From assembly GCA_002841025.1 (NCBI GenBank), contig PHDQ01000001.1, forward strand, positions 1-51,224: a stretch of DNA of 51,224 bases, read 5' to 3'. The DNA is from Bacteroidetes bacterium HGW-Bacteroidetes-13. Its GTDB lineage: Bacteria; Bacteroidota; Bacteroidia; Flavobacteriales; Flavobacteriaceae. Below are positions 10,038 to 20,038 of this stretch, piece after piece. Within the stretch, counting starts at the first letter, position 1. Every line of letters starts with the position of its first letter. The notes beneath the pieces are model-generated. The model did no database searches. It was not told the origin of the DNA and saw only the letters and a list, made by a program, of their open reading frames with translations. The translations under genes and the position numbers were made by a program.

Positions 10038-13000
10038 TTACATGCCTCTGTATAGCTCCAATCTTTCCCATTTGGTGTTCACTTCTTCTTGTGCTTGTTT
10101 TAGCAGTTCAGCGCCTAATTGGGCGTTTTCTTTCACCACCCTGGAAAAACGTGTTTCTTTATACATAAAGTCGCTCAACGGAGCTGCAGGTGCTTTGGAA
10201 TCCAATCTGAATTTTTCACCTTTGGGTTTTGACGGATCAAATCTGAACAACGGCCAATAGCCTGTTTCTACCGCCTTTTCTTGATGCATTGCGCCATCTT
10301 TAAGATCGTAACCGTGTTCTCCACAATGAGAATATGCGACAATCAATGAAGGTCCGGGGTAAGCCGCTGCTTCTTCTATGGCTTTCAGGGTTTGTAAATC
10401 TTTAGCTCCGATGGCCACTTGCGCGACATATACGTTGCCATAAGAAATAGCTTGAAGCGCGATGCTTTTTTTGCCGGTTCTTTTTCCGGATACGGAGAAT
10501 TTAGCACTCGCACCCAGCGGTGTTGCTTTGGATGTTTGCCCGCCGGTGTTCGAGTAAACCTCGGTATCCATCACCATGATGTTGATGTCTTCTCCGGAAG
10601 CCAATACGTGATCGACACCGCCATAACCAATATCGTATGCCCAACCGTCGCCACCCAAAATCCAAACTGCTTTTTTGCGCAGGTATTCGGTAAGTTGAAT
10701 CAACTTGTTGGCATTTTCATTGTTGTCGATGATAGACAAAACTTTTTTAAGTTCGTCAATGTCAGCAAATTTCTGATTTTTTTGCGTTTCGGTTTCCTCC
10801 GGATTTTCTAAAATAGATTCTACCAATTCGCTACCTATCAAAAGTTCTAATGATTTCAATAAACCGACGGCGATTTCCTGTTTTTTGGTCAGTGCCAATT
10901 TCATACCCAAACCAAACTCTGCATTGTCTTCAAACAAGGAGTTTGCCCAAGCAGGTCCTCTTCCGAATTCATTGGTTTTGTATGGAGTGGTCGGTAAATT
11001 TCCACCATAAATGGAAGAACAACCCGTTGCGTTTGCAATCAAAATTTTATCGCCAAAAAGTTGGGTGAGCATTTTGATGTATGGGGTTTCTCCACAACCC
11101 GAACAAGCACCAGAAAACTCAAACAGCGGCTCTAAAAATTGAGATCCTTTCACATTGGTTATTTGCAATTCTTCTCGGTTGTAATAAGGCAGTTTTACGA
11201 AATAATCCCAATTGGCATTTTCTTCCACGCCCACATCCAATTTTTTGCGCATGTTGATGGCCTTGAAATCGTCAATGTCTTTGCTGATAGCCGGACAGAC
11301 TGCCACACACAAATCGCAACCGGTACAATCTTCTGGAGAAACCTGAAGTACATACGATTCCAATTCGCTGTTAAAAGGTCTTCCTTTTGCGGGAACGGCT
11401 TTTAAAGAAGACGGAGAGCCTGCCAATTCGCTGTTTGAAACAACTTTGGCACGAATGGCAGCGTGCGGACAGATGGCGATGCATTTGTTGCATTGTGTAC
11501 ACAAATTGGCATCGTCCCAAACCGGAATAAAATCTGCAATGCCTCGTTTTTCATATTGGGTAGTTCCCATTGGAAAAGTTCCGTCTATCGGGAAGGCACT
11601 CACAGGAAGTTCATCGCCATATCCGGCTAAGATTTTTTCCAATACCTCTTTGACAAATCCGTCAGGAGCATTTCGCATGGCTGACAACAATTGTTTTTCG
11701 CTGGAAACCTTTTTCGGATAGTCAACTTTTTGCAATCCTGCCAAAGATTTATCAACCGCATCAAAGTTCATTTTTACGATTTTTTCACCTTTGTGCGAGT
11801 AGGTTTTGACAATGGCATCTTTTATTTTCTGAATGGCTTCTTCTTTGGGTAAGATTCCTGAAATGGCGAAGAAACAGGTTTGCAAAACTGTGTTGGTGCG
11901 TTTTCCCAAATTGGCTTCTTGTGCAACTTTATTGGCATCAACCACATACAATTGCGCTTCCTTTTTGATGATTTCTCTTTGAAGTTTTTCGGGGAACTGA
12001 TCCCAAATTTCATCTTTGGAAAATGGTGAATTCAACAAAAATGTTCCACCTTGTTTAAGGTCGGCCAACATATTGTATTTCTCAATGAAATTGAATTGAT
12101 GACTGGCTATAAAATCTGCTTTGTCAATCAAATAAGTCGAGTAAATCGGGTCGGGTCCGAAACGCAAATGCGATATGGTCTGCGCACCTGCTTTTTTGGA
12201 GTCATAGACAAAATAACCCTGTACGTAGTTATCGGTAGTCTCTCCGATAATTTTGATGGAGTTTTTATTGGCACCGACTGTTCCGTCAGAACCCAGACCG
12301 TAAAACATGCAATTGACGGTAGTCCGTTCGATTTCGAAATTATAATCCGGCTCCAGACTGGTGTGTGTTACATCGTCATAAATTCCTACGGTAAAGTGGT
12401 TTTTTGGTTTATCTTTCAACAACTCATCATATATACCTTTAACCATTTTGGGTGTAAACTCTTTCGATGACAATCCGTAGCGACCACCTACCACAACCGG
12501 CATTTTTCGGTTGCTTTCTGCAAAGGCTGAAATAACATCCATATACAAAGGTTCGCCGATGCTTCCCGGCTCTTTGGTGCGGTCTAAAACGGCAATTTTT
12601 TGAACAGTTTTGGGTAATTCACTCAAAAACCGATTGATGGAGAAAGGTCTGTATAAACGGATGAATAAGGCGCCTACTTTTTCGCCTTTTTTCAACATGG
12701 CGTCGATGGCTTCTTTGACGGCACCTTCCCCGGATCCCATGATGATAATTACGCGTTCTGCTTCCGGATGCCCGATATAATCAAACAAACTGTATTTTCG
12801 TCCGGTGTGAAGGTAAAATTCATCCATCACTTGCTGAACGACTTCCGGTACTTTGTCATAAAACGAATTTGCCGCTTCCCGAGCTTGAAAAAATACATCC
12901 GGATTTTGTGAAGTTCCCCTGACAACCGGATGATCGGGATCTAAAGAGCGTTTTTTGTGCTCCATGATTCTGTCTTCCGGCATCATCGCTTTGATGATGT

Positions 13001-13571
13001 CATCCGGTATGGAGTCTATTTTTGATATTTCATGGGAAGTCCTGAATCCGTCAAATATATTGAGAAATGGAATACGGGTTTGTAGCGTTGCAACTTGCGA
13101 AATCAGCGCAAAATCTTGTGCCTCTTGAACCGATCCGCCAAACAACATGGAGAATCCTGTCTGACGAGTCGCCATCACATCTGAGTGATCACCAAAAATG
13201 GATAGTGCATGCGTTGCGACCGTTCTGGCAGCAACATGGATGACAGTTGGCAATAGCTCTCCGGCAATTTTATACATGTTTGGAATCATCAACAGCAAAC
13301 CTTGAGAGGCCGTGAAAGTGGTAGTCAAAGCACCTGCTTGTAAAGATCCGTGAACCGCTCCGGCTGCTCCACCTTCACTTTGCATTTCGACGATTCTCGG
13401 TACATTTTCCCAGATATTTTTTTTGCCTTTCGAGCTGTAAACATCCACATGTTCGCCCATTGGCGAAGCAGGCGTGATTGGATAAATTGCGCAGACTTCA
13501 TTGGTTTTGTGGGCAACTCTGGCAACTGCCTCATTGGCATCACAGATTAATTTTGAAAACTTTTTTTTCAT
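10038..13571 (-). CDS. nifJ: Pyruvate:ferredoxin (flavodoxin) oxidoreductase, single-chain PFOR
   Basis: 1177-aa ORF with two ferredoxin-type cluster motifs (CTQCNKCIAICPHAAI, CTGCDLCVAVCPAI) and the TPP motif GGDGWAYDIGYGG. The length and domain order are typical of NifJ/PFOR. Confidence 0.95.
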   Translation of the reverse strand: MKKKFSKLICDANEAVARVAHKTNEVCAIYPITPASPMGEHVDVYSSKGKKNIWENVPRIVEMQSEGGAAGAVHGSLQAGALTTTFTASQGLLLMIPNMYKIAGELLPTVIHVAARTVATHALSIFGDHSDVMATRQTGFSMLFGGSVQEAQDFALISQVATLQTRIPFLNIFDGFRTSHEISKIDSIPDDIIKAMMPEDRIMEHKKRSLDPDHPVVRGTSQNPDVFFQAREAANSFYDKVPEVVQQVMDEFYLHTGRKYSLFDYIGHPEAERVIIIMGSGEGAVKEAIDAMLKKGEKVGALFIRLYRPFSINRFLSELPKTVQKIAVLDRTKEPGSIGEPLYMDVISAFAESNRKMPVVVGGRYGLSSKEFTPKMVKGIYDELLKDKPKNHFTVGIYDDVTHTSLEPDYNFEIERTTVNCMFYGLGSDGTVGANKNSIKIIGETTDNYVQGYFVYDSKKAGAQTISHLRFGPDPIYSTYLIDKADFIASHQFNFIEKYNMLADLKQGGTFLLNSPFSKDEIWDQFPEKLQREIIKKEAQLYVVDANKVAQEANLGKRTNTVLQTCFFAISGILPKEEAIQKIKDAIVKTYSHKGEKIVKMNFDAVDKSLAGLQKVDYPKKVSSEKQLLSAMRNAPDGFVKEVLEKILAGYGDELPVSAFPIDGTFPMGTTQYEKRGIADFIPVWDDANLCTQCNKCIAICPHAAIRAKVVSNSELAGSPSSLKAVPAKGRPFNSELESYVLQVSPEDCTGCDLCVAVCPAISKDIDDFKAINMRKKLDVGVEENANWDYFVKLPYYNREELQITNVKGSQFLEPLFEFSGACSGCGETPYIKMLTQLFGDKILIANATGCSSIYGGNLPTTPYKTNEFGRGPAWANSLFEDNAEFGLGMKLALTKKQEIAVGLLKSLELLIGSELVESILENPEETETQKNQKFADIDELKKVLSIIDNNENANKLIQLTEYLRKKAVWILGGDGWAYDIGYGGVDHVLASGEDINIMVMDTEVYSNTGGQTSKATPLGASAKFSVSGKRTGKKSIALQAISYGNVYVAQVAIGAKDLQTLKAIEEAAAYPGPSLIVAYSHCGEHGYDLKDGAMHQEKAVETGYWPLFRFDPSKPKGEKFRLDSKAPAAPLSDFMYKETRFSRVVKENAQLGAELLKQAQEEVNTKWERLELYRGM

Positions 13572-13767
13572 AATGAATGTGTATAATTATTTAAAAAAAA
13601 TCGGATTGTAACTGCGTCCAAAATTTCCCTGAAACAGCTTACAACCATCAACAAGAAATGAACGTATTAAAAACTTTATAAAATTATCAATCTTAAAAAT
13701 CACAGAATATGACATTTGTCAGGTATTATATACTATCTGAAAATAAGTTAGATAGAGATATAAATTC

Positions 13768-13806
13768 AAAAAAAAAATCACTCCTTATTAATTGGGAGTG
13801 ATTTTT
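13768..13806. terminator. Bidirectional Rho-independent terminator between the ferredoxin gene and PFOR
   Basis: A-run, then TCACTCC (13778-13784), a 10-nt loop, GGAGTGA (13795-13801) and a T-run. On the minus strand it follows the ferredoxin stop at 13870. Confidence 0.65.
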
Positions 13807-13869
13807 AAATATATTCAAAAATGGTTGTTAGGAAATCTCAGCATTGAGCTAATTTACAATGCAGAATCA

Positions 13870-14220
13870 TTATTCGCCGTGCAACCAGGCTTTCTTTTCC
13901 AAAAGAAATGCTTCGGTTTCAACATGATCTTTGTCCGGAACACAACAATCAACCGGGCAAACTTTGGCACATTGCGGTTCGTCATGAAATCCTTTGCATT
14001 CCGTACATTTGTCTGAAACGATAAAATAAAATTCGTCTGAATAAGGTTTGTTTTCCTTGTCTGCATCTATTTCTTTTCCTTGCAGGTTTGTAACGACTCC
14101 GCTCAGTGCGGTTTCATCGGAGTAAGACCAATTTTGATCGGGTTCGTAGATAGCATGATTCGGGCACTCAGATATACAAGCGTCGCAGTTTATGCATTCT
14201 TCTGTTATGATAATTGCCAT
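13870..14220 (-). CDS. 2x[4Fe-4S] dicluster ferredoxin (YfhL-like)
   Basis: 116 aa with CINCDACISECP near the N-terminus and a C-terminal CAKVCPVDCC motif. Confidence 0.85.
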   Translation of the reverse strand: MAIIITEECINCDACISECPNHAIYEPDQNWSYSDETALSGVVTNLQGKEIDADKENKPYSDEFYFIVSDKCTECKGFHDEPQCAKVCPVDCCVPDKDHVETEAFLLEKKAWLHGE

Positions 14221-14315
14221 GTTTTGTGGGTGTTATGATTAAATAATTGTAAAATTAAGTAAAACTTCATTACCTTTAACTGACAAAAATCATGTTTCAT
14301 TCTAAAAAATGAAAA

Positions 14316-14323
14316 TAATTTTG
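14316..14323 (+). promoter_or_regulatory. Candidate -7 box (TAATTTTG) for korA
   Basis: It matches TAnnTTTG 57 nt upstream of the korA ATG. It lies inside the 159-bp divergent region shared with the ferredoxin gene. Confidence 0.35.
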
Positions 14324-14379
14324 ACCTCATAGAAAAGCATTTTATTCATGCTTTAAAAAGGTCTAAAACTTTTCAACTT

Positions 14380-16233
14380 ATGATAACAGATAAAGAAATA
14401 TTGCAACCCGAAGTATTGGAAGCAGTGGTAATTCGGTTTGTCGGTGATTCCGGTGATGGAATGCAGTTAACCGGTTCACAATTCTCCGACACTTCAGCTA
14501 TGTTTGGCAACGATGTTGCAACATTCCCCAACTATCCATCCGAAATTAGAGCACCTCAAGGCAGTTTATATGGTGTTTCCGGATTTCAGGTTCACATTGG
14601 AAGTGTCGAAATCAGCACACCCGGCGATCAGGTAGATTTGTTGGTGGCAATGAATCCTGCGGGTTTGAAAACCAATTTATACGCAGTAAAACCCGGTCAT
14701 ACCATCATAGTCGATACCGATTCATTCAACAAAAAGAATCTGGAAAAAGCACAATACGACACCAATCCCTTGGAAGACGGCAGTCTTGAGAATTATCGAA
14801 TCATCGAAGTTGCCATGTCGTCCTTGACAAAAGAAGCCTTGAAAGAGGTGGAAGGATTAGATAATAAAATGATTACCCGAAGCAAGAATATGTTTGCCTT
14901 GGGCATGGTCTATTGGATGTACAACCGTTCTACTGCACACACCATCGAATTTTTCAACAAGAAATTTAAAAATACGCCCAATCTAATCGAATCAAATACC
15001 AAAGTGCTGAACGCCGGATTTTATTTTGCGGAAACTTTGGAATTGATTCCAAATGCTTACACCATTTCTCCAGCCAAGATGAGACCCGGAAAATACCGAA
15101 TCATCATGGGCAATACCGCCACGGCTTGGGGATTTTTGGCAGCAGCCGAAAAATCGGGCATGGAATTGTTTTTGGGTTCATATCCCATCACACCGGCAAC
15201 CGATATACTTCACGAATTGGTCAAACACAAACATTTTGGTGTCAAAGCTTTTCAGGCCGAGGATGAAATAGCGGGCATAACTTCTGCCATCGGTGCATCT
15301 TTTGCCGGCGATTTGGCCATTACGACCACGTCCGGACCCGGATTGGCACTAAAAGGTGAAGCCATCGGTTTGGCAGTGATGACAGAATTGCCATTGGTGA
15401 TTGTCAATGTACAGCGAGGCGGTCCTTCTACTGGCTTGCCAACCAAAACAGAACAATCGGATTTGCTTCAAGCCATGTATGGCAGAAACGGCGAAAGTCC
15501 GGTTATCGTGATTGCAGCCAGCACGCCTGCCAACTGTTTCAACTTTGCTTACGAAGCAGCCAGATTGGCTTTAGAACACATGACTCCCGTGATTTTGTTA
15601 ACCGACGGTTACATTGCCAACGGATCGGCTCCTTGGAAAATAAGAACTGTCGATGAAATGCCGGAAATCAGAAACAACAAAATCTTGGCACCAACCGAAA
15701 ATTGGTATCCTTATAACCGAGATGAGATTACTTTGGCGCGTAATTGGGCAGTACCCGGAACCAAGGATTTGGAACACCGTATTGGCGGACTCGAAAAAGA
15801 TAAAGTGACCGGAAACGTGTCTTATGTGCCCGAAAACCACGAATATATGACCCATATCCGGGCAGAAAAAATAAGAAGGGTGCAATACAATATCCCCGAA
15901 ATAAAAACAGAATTTGCCGATGAAGGAGATTTGTTGATAGTCGGGTGGGGTGGAACCTATGGAACTTTGCATACAGCTGCCAAACAGTTGGATGAAGAGG
16001 GATTTAAAAATGTAGGTTTTGCACATTTCAACTACATCAATCCGCTGCCAAAAAATACGGAAGACGTGCTCAAACGATTTAAAAAAATAGTGGTTTGTGA
16101 GTTAAACTCCGGACAGTTTTCCAAAATTTTAAAAATAAACTTCAACGGATTGGACATCACTCAATTTAACAAAGTACAAGGTCTTCCGTTTTCAAACGAT
16201 GAGCTTATTCAACAATTTAAAAAATGGATCTAA
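14380..16233 (+). CDS. korA: 2-oxoglutarate (2-oxoacid):ferredoxin oxidoreductase, alpha subunit
   Basis: 617 aa, the typical KorA length. The sequence shows the fused gamma/alpha domain architecture (VIRFVGDSGDGMQLTG..., GSYPITPATDILHEL). Confidence 0.9.
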   Translation: MITDKEILQPEVLEAVVIRFVGDSGDGMQLTGSQFSDTSAMFGNDVATFPNYPSEIRAPQGSLYGVSGFQVHIGSVEISTPGDQVDLLVAMNPAGLKTNLYAVKPGHTIIVDTDSFNKKNLEKAQYDTNPLEDGSLENYRIIEVAMSSLTKEALKEVEGLDNKMITRSKNMFALGMVYWMYNRSTAHTIEFFNKKFKNTPNLIESNTKVLNAGFYFAETLELIPNAYTISPAKMRPGKYRIIMGNTATAWGFLAAAEKSGMELFLGSYPITPATDILHELVKHKHFGVKAFQAEDEIAGITSAIGASFAGDLAITTTSGPGLALKGEAIGLAVMTELPLVIVNVQRGGPSTGLPTKTEQSDLLQAMYGRNGESPVIVIAASTPANCFNFAYEAARLALEHMTPVILLTDGYIANGSAPWKIRTVDEMPEIRNNKILAPTENWYPYNRDEITLARNWAVPGTKDLEHRIGGLEKDKVTGNVSYVPENHEYMTHIRAEKIRRVQYNIPEIKTEFADEGDLLIVGWGGTYGTLHTAAKQLDEEGFKNVGFAHFNYINPLPKNTEDVLKRFKKIVVCELNSGQFSKILKINFNGLDITQFNKVQGLPFSNDELIQQFKKWI

Positions 16234-17249
16234 TTATGGAAGCTACAACAGTTGAGAAATATACGTTCAAAGATTTTACCAGCGACCAAGAAGTGAGATG
16301 GTGTCCGGGTTGCGATGATTACGTCATCTTGCGATCCATGCAAAAAGCACTACCCGAAATGGGACTTAAAAGAGAAGATGTCGTGTTTATTTCAGGCATT
16401 GGATGTTCCTCCCGGTTTCCGTATTATATGGACACTTATGGCATGCACAGCATCCACGGTCGGGCAACAGCTGTCGCCTCCGGAGTGAAATTAGCCAATC
16501 CGAAATTGAGCGTTTGGGTCGTAACCGGTGACGGTGACTCGATGGCTATCGGCGGCAATCACTTCATTCATGTGTTGCGAAGAAACATCAATTTGAATAT
16601 TCTTCTTTTTAACAACGAAATCTACGGACTCACCAAAGGGCAATTTTCACCTACTTCCTTGGTCGGTCAAAAAACAAAATCATCACCCTACGGAAACACA
16701 CAACCTCCGTTTTCGCCGGGTGAATTAGCCATCGGTGCCCAAGCGCGGTTTTTTGCCAGAATCGGTGGAAACACGCCCAAAGAAATGACAGAGCTTTTTA
16801 TCCAAGCGGAAAAATTCAAAGGAACATCACTGATTGAAATACTGCAAAACTGTGTGATTTTTAACGACAATTGCTTTGTAAAATACACTGATAAAGATGT
16901 TCGCGAAGACAAACAACTCTTCGTTGAACATGGCAAACCGATGATTTTTGGTAAAAACAAAGACAAAGGTTTGGTGTTGAATCGCCTCAAATTGGAAGTT
17001 GTCACCCTTGGAGAAAATGGAATTACGGAAGTAGATATTTTGGTACACGATGCCAAAGAACAAGATCCAACTTTGCACCAGATGCTGGTCAGATTGGAAT
17101 ACCCGTTGGTTACCGGTATCATCCGAAGTTTTGATGATGTGACCCTTGAAGAAAGAGAGGATGCACTTACCGCTAAGGTAAAAGCAGGCTCTAATTTTAC
17201 CAAAACCGATGATTTGTTTTTTTCCGGAGAAACTTATGAGATTGTTTAA
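16224..17249 (+). CDS. korB: 2-oxoglutarate (2-oxoacid):ferredoxin oxidoreductase, beta subunit
   Basis: RWCPGCDDY Cys motif and TPP motif GDGDSMAIGGNH. The alternative ATG at 16236 (MEATTVEKY...) lies 2 nt after the korA stop and is equally plausible. Confidence 0.9.
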   Translation: MDLIMEATTVEKYTFKDFTSDQEVRWCPGCDDYVILRSMQKALPEMGLKREDVVFISGIGCSSRFPYYMDTYGMHSIHGRATAVASGVKLANPKLSVWVVTGDGDSMAIGGNHFIHVLRRNINLNILLFNNEIYGLTKGQFSPTSLVGQKTKSSPYGNTQPPFSPGELAIGAQARFFARIGGNTPKEMTELFIQAEKFKGTSLIEILQNCVIFNDNCFVKYTDKDVREDKQLFVEHGKPMIFGKNKDKGLVLNRLKLEVVTLGENGITEVDILVHDAKEQDPTLHQMLVRLEYPLVTGIIRSFDDVTLEEREDALTAKVKAGSNFTKTDDLFFSGETYEIV

Positions 17250-17342
17250 AAAAATCACTAATCCCAAAAAAAAAACAATTTTCAAATTATAAACAGAAAC
17301 CTGAAATCCGTTTCTTGAGTCCCGAATCATCGGAATTGAAGG

Positions 17343-17384
17343 AAAAAACTTGAAACTTTAAACATGAAATTTTAAACTAAAAAC
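17343..17384 (+). repeat. Degenerate heptamer array (NNNAAAC)x6 abutting the nuoA start
   Basis: AAAAAAC TTGAAAC TTTAAAC ATGAAAT TTTAAAC TAAAAAC ends 1 nt before the ATG at 17386. TGA/TAA codons fall in all three frames. Confidence 0.7.
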
Positions 17385-17385
17385 A

Positions 17386-17736
17386 ATGGGATCGGAAGCA
17401 ATTATTGTTTTTTTCTTAGCCGGAGTCGTCTTGGTTGCCGGAGCGAATTTTTTATCGAGTCTGATTTCTCACAAATCGGACAATCCGCAAAAACGAGAAC
17501 CTTACGAAAGCGGTATGAAAACCATCGGTCCTACTTGGGTTCAGTTTAAAGTGGGCTATTATTTATTTGCCATCCTATTCCTGATTTTCGATGTGGAAGT
17601 TGCTTTTCTGATTCCTTGGGCAGTCGTTTTCAAGGATGTCGGTTCGGTTGCTTTAATTGAAATCATCATATTTCTCGTCATTTTGGGATTGGGATTGTTA
17701 TACGCATGGAAAAAAGGAGCATTAAAATGGGAATAG
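17386..17736 (+). CDS. nuoA: NADH-quinone oxidoreductase-like complex, subunit A
   Basis: 116 aa with 3 TM segments and the conserved PYESGM and FLIFDVE motifs. Confidence 0.9.
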   Translation: MGSEAIIVFFLAGVVLVAGANFLSSLISHKSDNPQKREPYESGMKTIGPTWVQFKVGYYLFAILFLIFDVEVAFLIPWAVVFKDVGSVALIEIIIFLVILGLGLLYAWKKGALKWE

Positions 17737-18323
17737 AAAAAACAAGATTTTTGAGCCAGGCCGAAGGAGAGGGAAGGGCTCAGCCGATACCGGACGATTT
17801 TCCAGGAAAAGTAATTCCGGCAGGAAATGGAGCCAACGTGATTGTCACTTCGTTGGACAAAGTCATCAATTGGGGTCGCTCTAATTCGCTTTGGTCGCTC
17901 TATTTCGGCACGAGTTGTTGCGCCATCGAAATGATGCAGACCGGAGCTGCGCGCCACGATTATTCCCGATTTGGGTTTGAAGTTGCCAGACCTTCGCCAA
18001 GACAAGCCGATTTAATCATCATCGCAGGAACGATTGTCAACAAAATGGCACCCGTACTTCGTCGATTGTACGATCAGATGGCCGAACCCAAATACGTCAT
18101 CGCCATGGGTGCGTGTGCCATTTCTGGCGGACCGTTTTTTTACAATTCCTATTCGGTTGTCAAAGGTGCCGACCACGTGATTCCGGTCGATGTTTACGTC
18201 CCGGGTTGTCCGCCACGACCAGAGGCTTTGTTGGAAGGAATGCTGATGCTACAAGATAAAATCCGCACGGAAAACATGAAGCACAAAGAGAATCCGATAG
18301 ATGGATTTGATGAAGGGAAGTGA
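17706..18323 (+). CDS. nuoB: Complex I subunit B (N2 cluster, PSST homologue)
   Basis: Motifs [22 protein letters not shown] and [11 protein letters not shown]. The alternative ATG at 17727 (MGIEK...) overlaps nuoA by 10 nt. Confidence 0.9.
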   Translation: MEKRSIKMGIEKTRFLSQAEGEGRAQPIPDDFPGKVIPAGNGANVIVTSLDKVINWGRSNSLWSLYFGTSCCAIEMMQTGAARHDYSRFGFEVARPSPRQADLIIIAGTIVNKMAPVLRRLYDQMAEPKYVIAMGACAISGGPFFYNSYSVVKGADHVIPVDVYVPGCPPRPEALLEGMLMLQDKIRTENMKHKENPIDGFDEGK

Positions 18324-18337
18324 GAAGGAAAGCAATG

Positions 18338-18401
18338 CGCAACCTGCCTGCGACAGGCAGGTAGACAATTAGCAAAAATTAGAAGTCACCGGCAGGTTGC
18401 G
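18338..18401 (+). repeat. GC-rich palindrome plus a competing distal complement in the nuoB-nuoC spacer
   Basis: ACCTGCCTG-cga-CAGGCAGGT forms a hairpin at 18342-18362. CGCAACCTGCC (18338-18348) is also perfectly complementary to GGCAGGTTGCG (18391-18401). Confidence 0.8.
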
Positions 18402-18438
18402 AAAATAGAAACGCAAATAGTTCACAAAAAATAAAGAC

Positions 18439-18900
18439 ATGAACAACGAGGCATTACAAAATTTAATCAGCAGTTGGCATCCGGATTTAACTTTCACGGA
18501 AGAAGGTTCACAGTTTTTGAATATCAGCGTTCAGCCCGAACAACTTCACAACTTGATGAAGCAATTGAAAACCAATTCGGATACCCATTTTGATTATTTG
18601 TTTTGTTTGACCGGCGTAGATTGGGAATCGGCTCTGGGTGTGGTTTATCATTTAGAATCGACAACGCACAGACATGCAGTGGTCGTCAAAGTACAAACGG
18701 AAGACCGGGAAAATCCGACATTCGACACGGTTAGTGACATTTGGGCTACCGCTGAATTTCACGAACGGGAAGTCTTCGATTTTTTTGGTATTAAATTTAA
18801 TAACCACCCCAATTTAAAAAGACTTTTTCTGACCGAAGATTGGGATGGATACCCGCTCAGAAAAGATTATGTAGATGAAATAAATATGGTTGTCAAATAG
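18439..18900 (+). CDS. nuoC: Complex I subunit C (30-kDa homologue)
   Basis: 153 aa. The ATAEFHEREVFDFFGIKF..HP motif is typical of NuoC. Confidence 0.9.
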   Translation: MNNEALQNLISSWHPDLTFTEEGSQFLNISVQPEQLHNLMKQLKTNSDTHFDYLFCLTGVDWESALGVVYHLESTTHRHAVVVKVQTEDRENPTFDTVSDIWATAEFHEREVFDFFGIKFNNHPNLKRLFLTEDWDGYPLRKDYVDEINMVVK

Positions 18901-20028
18901 ATGCAAATGGAAACAATCACTGTCAACAAGAGCTTTAAATCGGAAGAATATTTTATCAATATGGGACCTCAACACCCTGCAACGCATGGCGTTTTGAGGT
19001 TGTTGTTGACGATAGACGGCGAAATCATCAAAAAAGTTGAGCCCGATTTGGGGTACATTCATCGCTCCATCGAAAAAATGTGCGAACGAGACAGTTATCA
19101 GCAAATTGTGCATTTGACAGACCGGATGGATTATTTATCCTCTCATATCAACAACGAAGCAGTTTGTTTGGCGGTTGAAAACGCCTTACAACTCGAAATT
19201 CCGGATCGCGTCAAAGTTATCCGAACCATTATCGGGGAATTGACCCGAATTGCTTCCCACACTTTGTGGTGGGGCGTGATGGGCATGGATGTGGGTGCGT
19301 TGACAACCTATTTCTACGGTTTCAGAGATCGCGAGTTAATCAACGATATTTTTGAGGAAACCTGCGGTGCTCGTCTGACGATGAACTACAACATTCCGGG
19401 CGGATTGATGTTCGATATTCATCCAAATTTTGTGAAAAGAACCAAGGAGTTCATCGCACATTTCAAAACCAAATTACCCGAGTATGACTCGCTGCTGACC
19501 GGAAATATTATCTTCCAAAAACGAATGAAAGGCGTGGGGATATTGTCTAAAGAAGATGCTATTTCATACGGAGCTTCAGGTCCAGTCGGGCGGGGTTCAG
19601 GTTATTCTTGTGATGTTAGAAAACACCATCCTTACAGCGCTTTAGATAAAGTTACTTTCAATGAAACTTTAAGACAGGAAGGCGATTCATTTGCCCGTTA
19701 TCAAGTTCGGATTCAAGAGATGTGGGAATCTATGTCTATCATAGAGCAACTCATCGACAACATACCGGAAGGCGAGCACCAAGTGGCGACCAATGCAGTT
19801 ATCAAATTGCCCAAAGGGGAGTTTTACCAAAAAGTAGAAACTGCACGTGGTGAATTGGGTGTTTACATCATCAGTACGGGAACAAAAAGTCCGTATCGTT
19901 TAAAATTTCGCTCACCCGGATTTTCAAATTTATCCCTGCTCAACCACATAGCCGTGGGAGGAAAAATAGGCGATTTAGTCGCCACCATGGCAACCCTCGA
20001 CCTCGTAATTCCCGATATTGACCGATAA
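18901..20028 (+). CDS. nuoD: Complex I subunit D (49-kDa homologue)
   Basis: 375 aa. MGPQHPATHGVLRL and a C-terminal ...LDLVIPDIDR are typical of NuoD. The ATG immediately follows the nuoC stop. Confidence 0.93.
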   Translation: MQMETITVNKSFKSEEYFINMGPQHPATHGVLRLLLTIDGEIIKKVEPDLGYIHRSIEKMCERDSYQQIVHLTDRMDYLSSHINNEAVCLAVENALQLEIPDRVKVIRTIIGELTRIASHTLWWGVMGMDVGALTTYFYGFRDRELINDIFEETCGARLTMNYNIPGGLMFDIHPNFVKRTKEFIAHFKTKLPEYDSLLTGNIIFQKRMKGVGILSKEDAISYGASGPVGRGSGYSCDVRKHHPYSALDKVTFNETLRQEGDSFARYQVRIQEMWESMSIIEQLIDNIPEGEHQVATNAVIKLPKGEFYQKVETARGELGVYIISTGTKSPYRLKFRSPGFSNLSLLNHIAVGGKIGDLVATMATLDLVIPDIDR

Positions 20029-20038
20029 TTTTACAGCC

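Noticed and set aside
16688-17330. Long antisense ORFs inside well-supported genes. Examples are 16688-17203 and 16827-17330 in korB, 12051-12470 in PFOR, 15598-16026 in korA, 17559-18005 across nuoA/B, and 33659-34225 and 35957-36409 in the BNR gene.
   Set aside because: Each lies fully within a CDS that has strong motif evidence on the other strand. Their compositions are S/R/F/L-rich shadow-ORF noise with no recognisable motifs.
20029-20038. Hidden or frameshifted nuoE/F/G between nuoD and nuoH, or elsewhere in the operon gaps.
   Set aside because: The D-H gap is at most 10 nt. The long gaps (B-C, H-I, J-K, M-N) are 115-315 bp of repeats with no ORFs. No NuoF (FMN/NADH) or NuoG (molybdopterin-like) motifs appear in any frame of the window.
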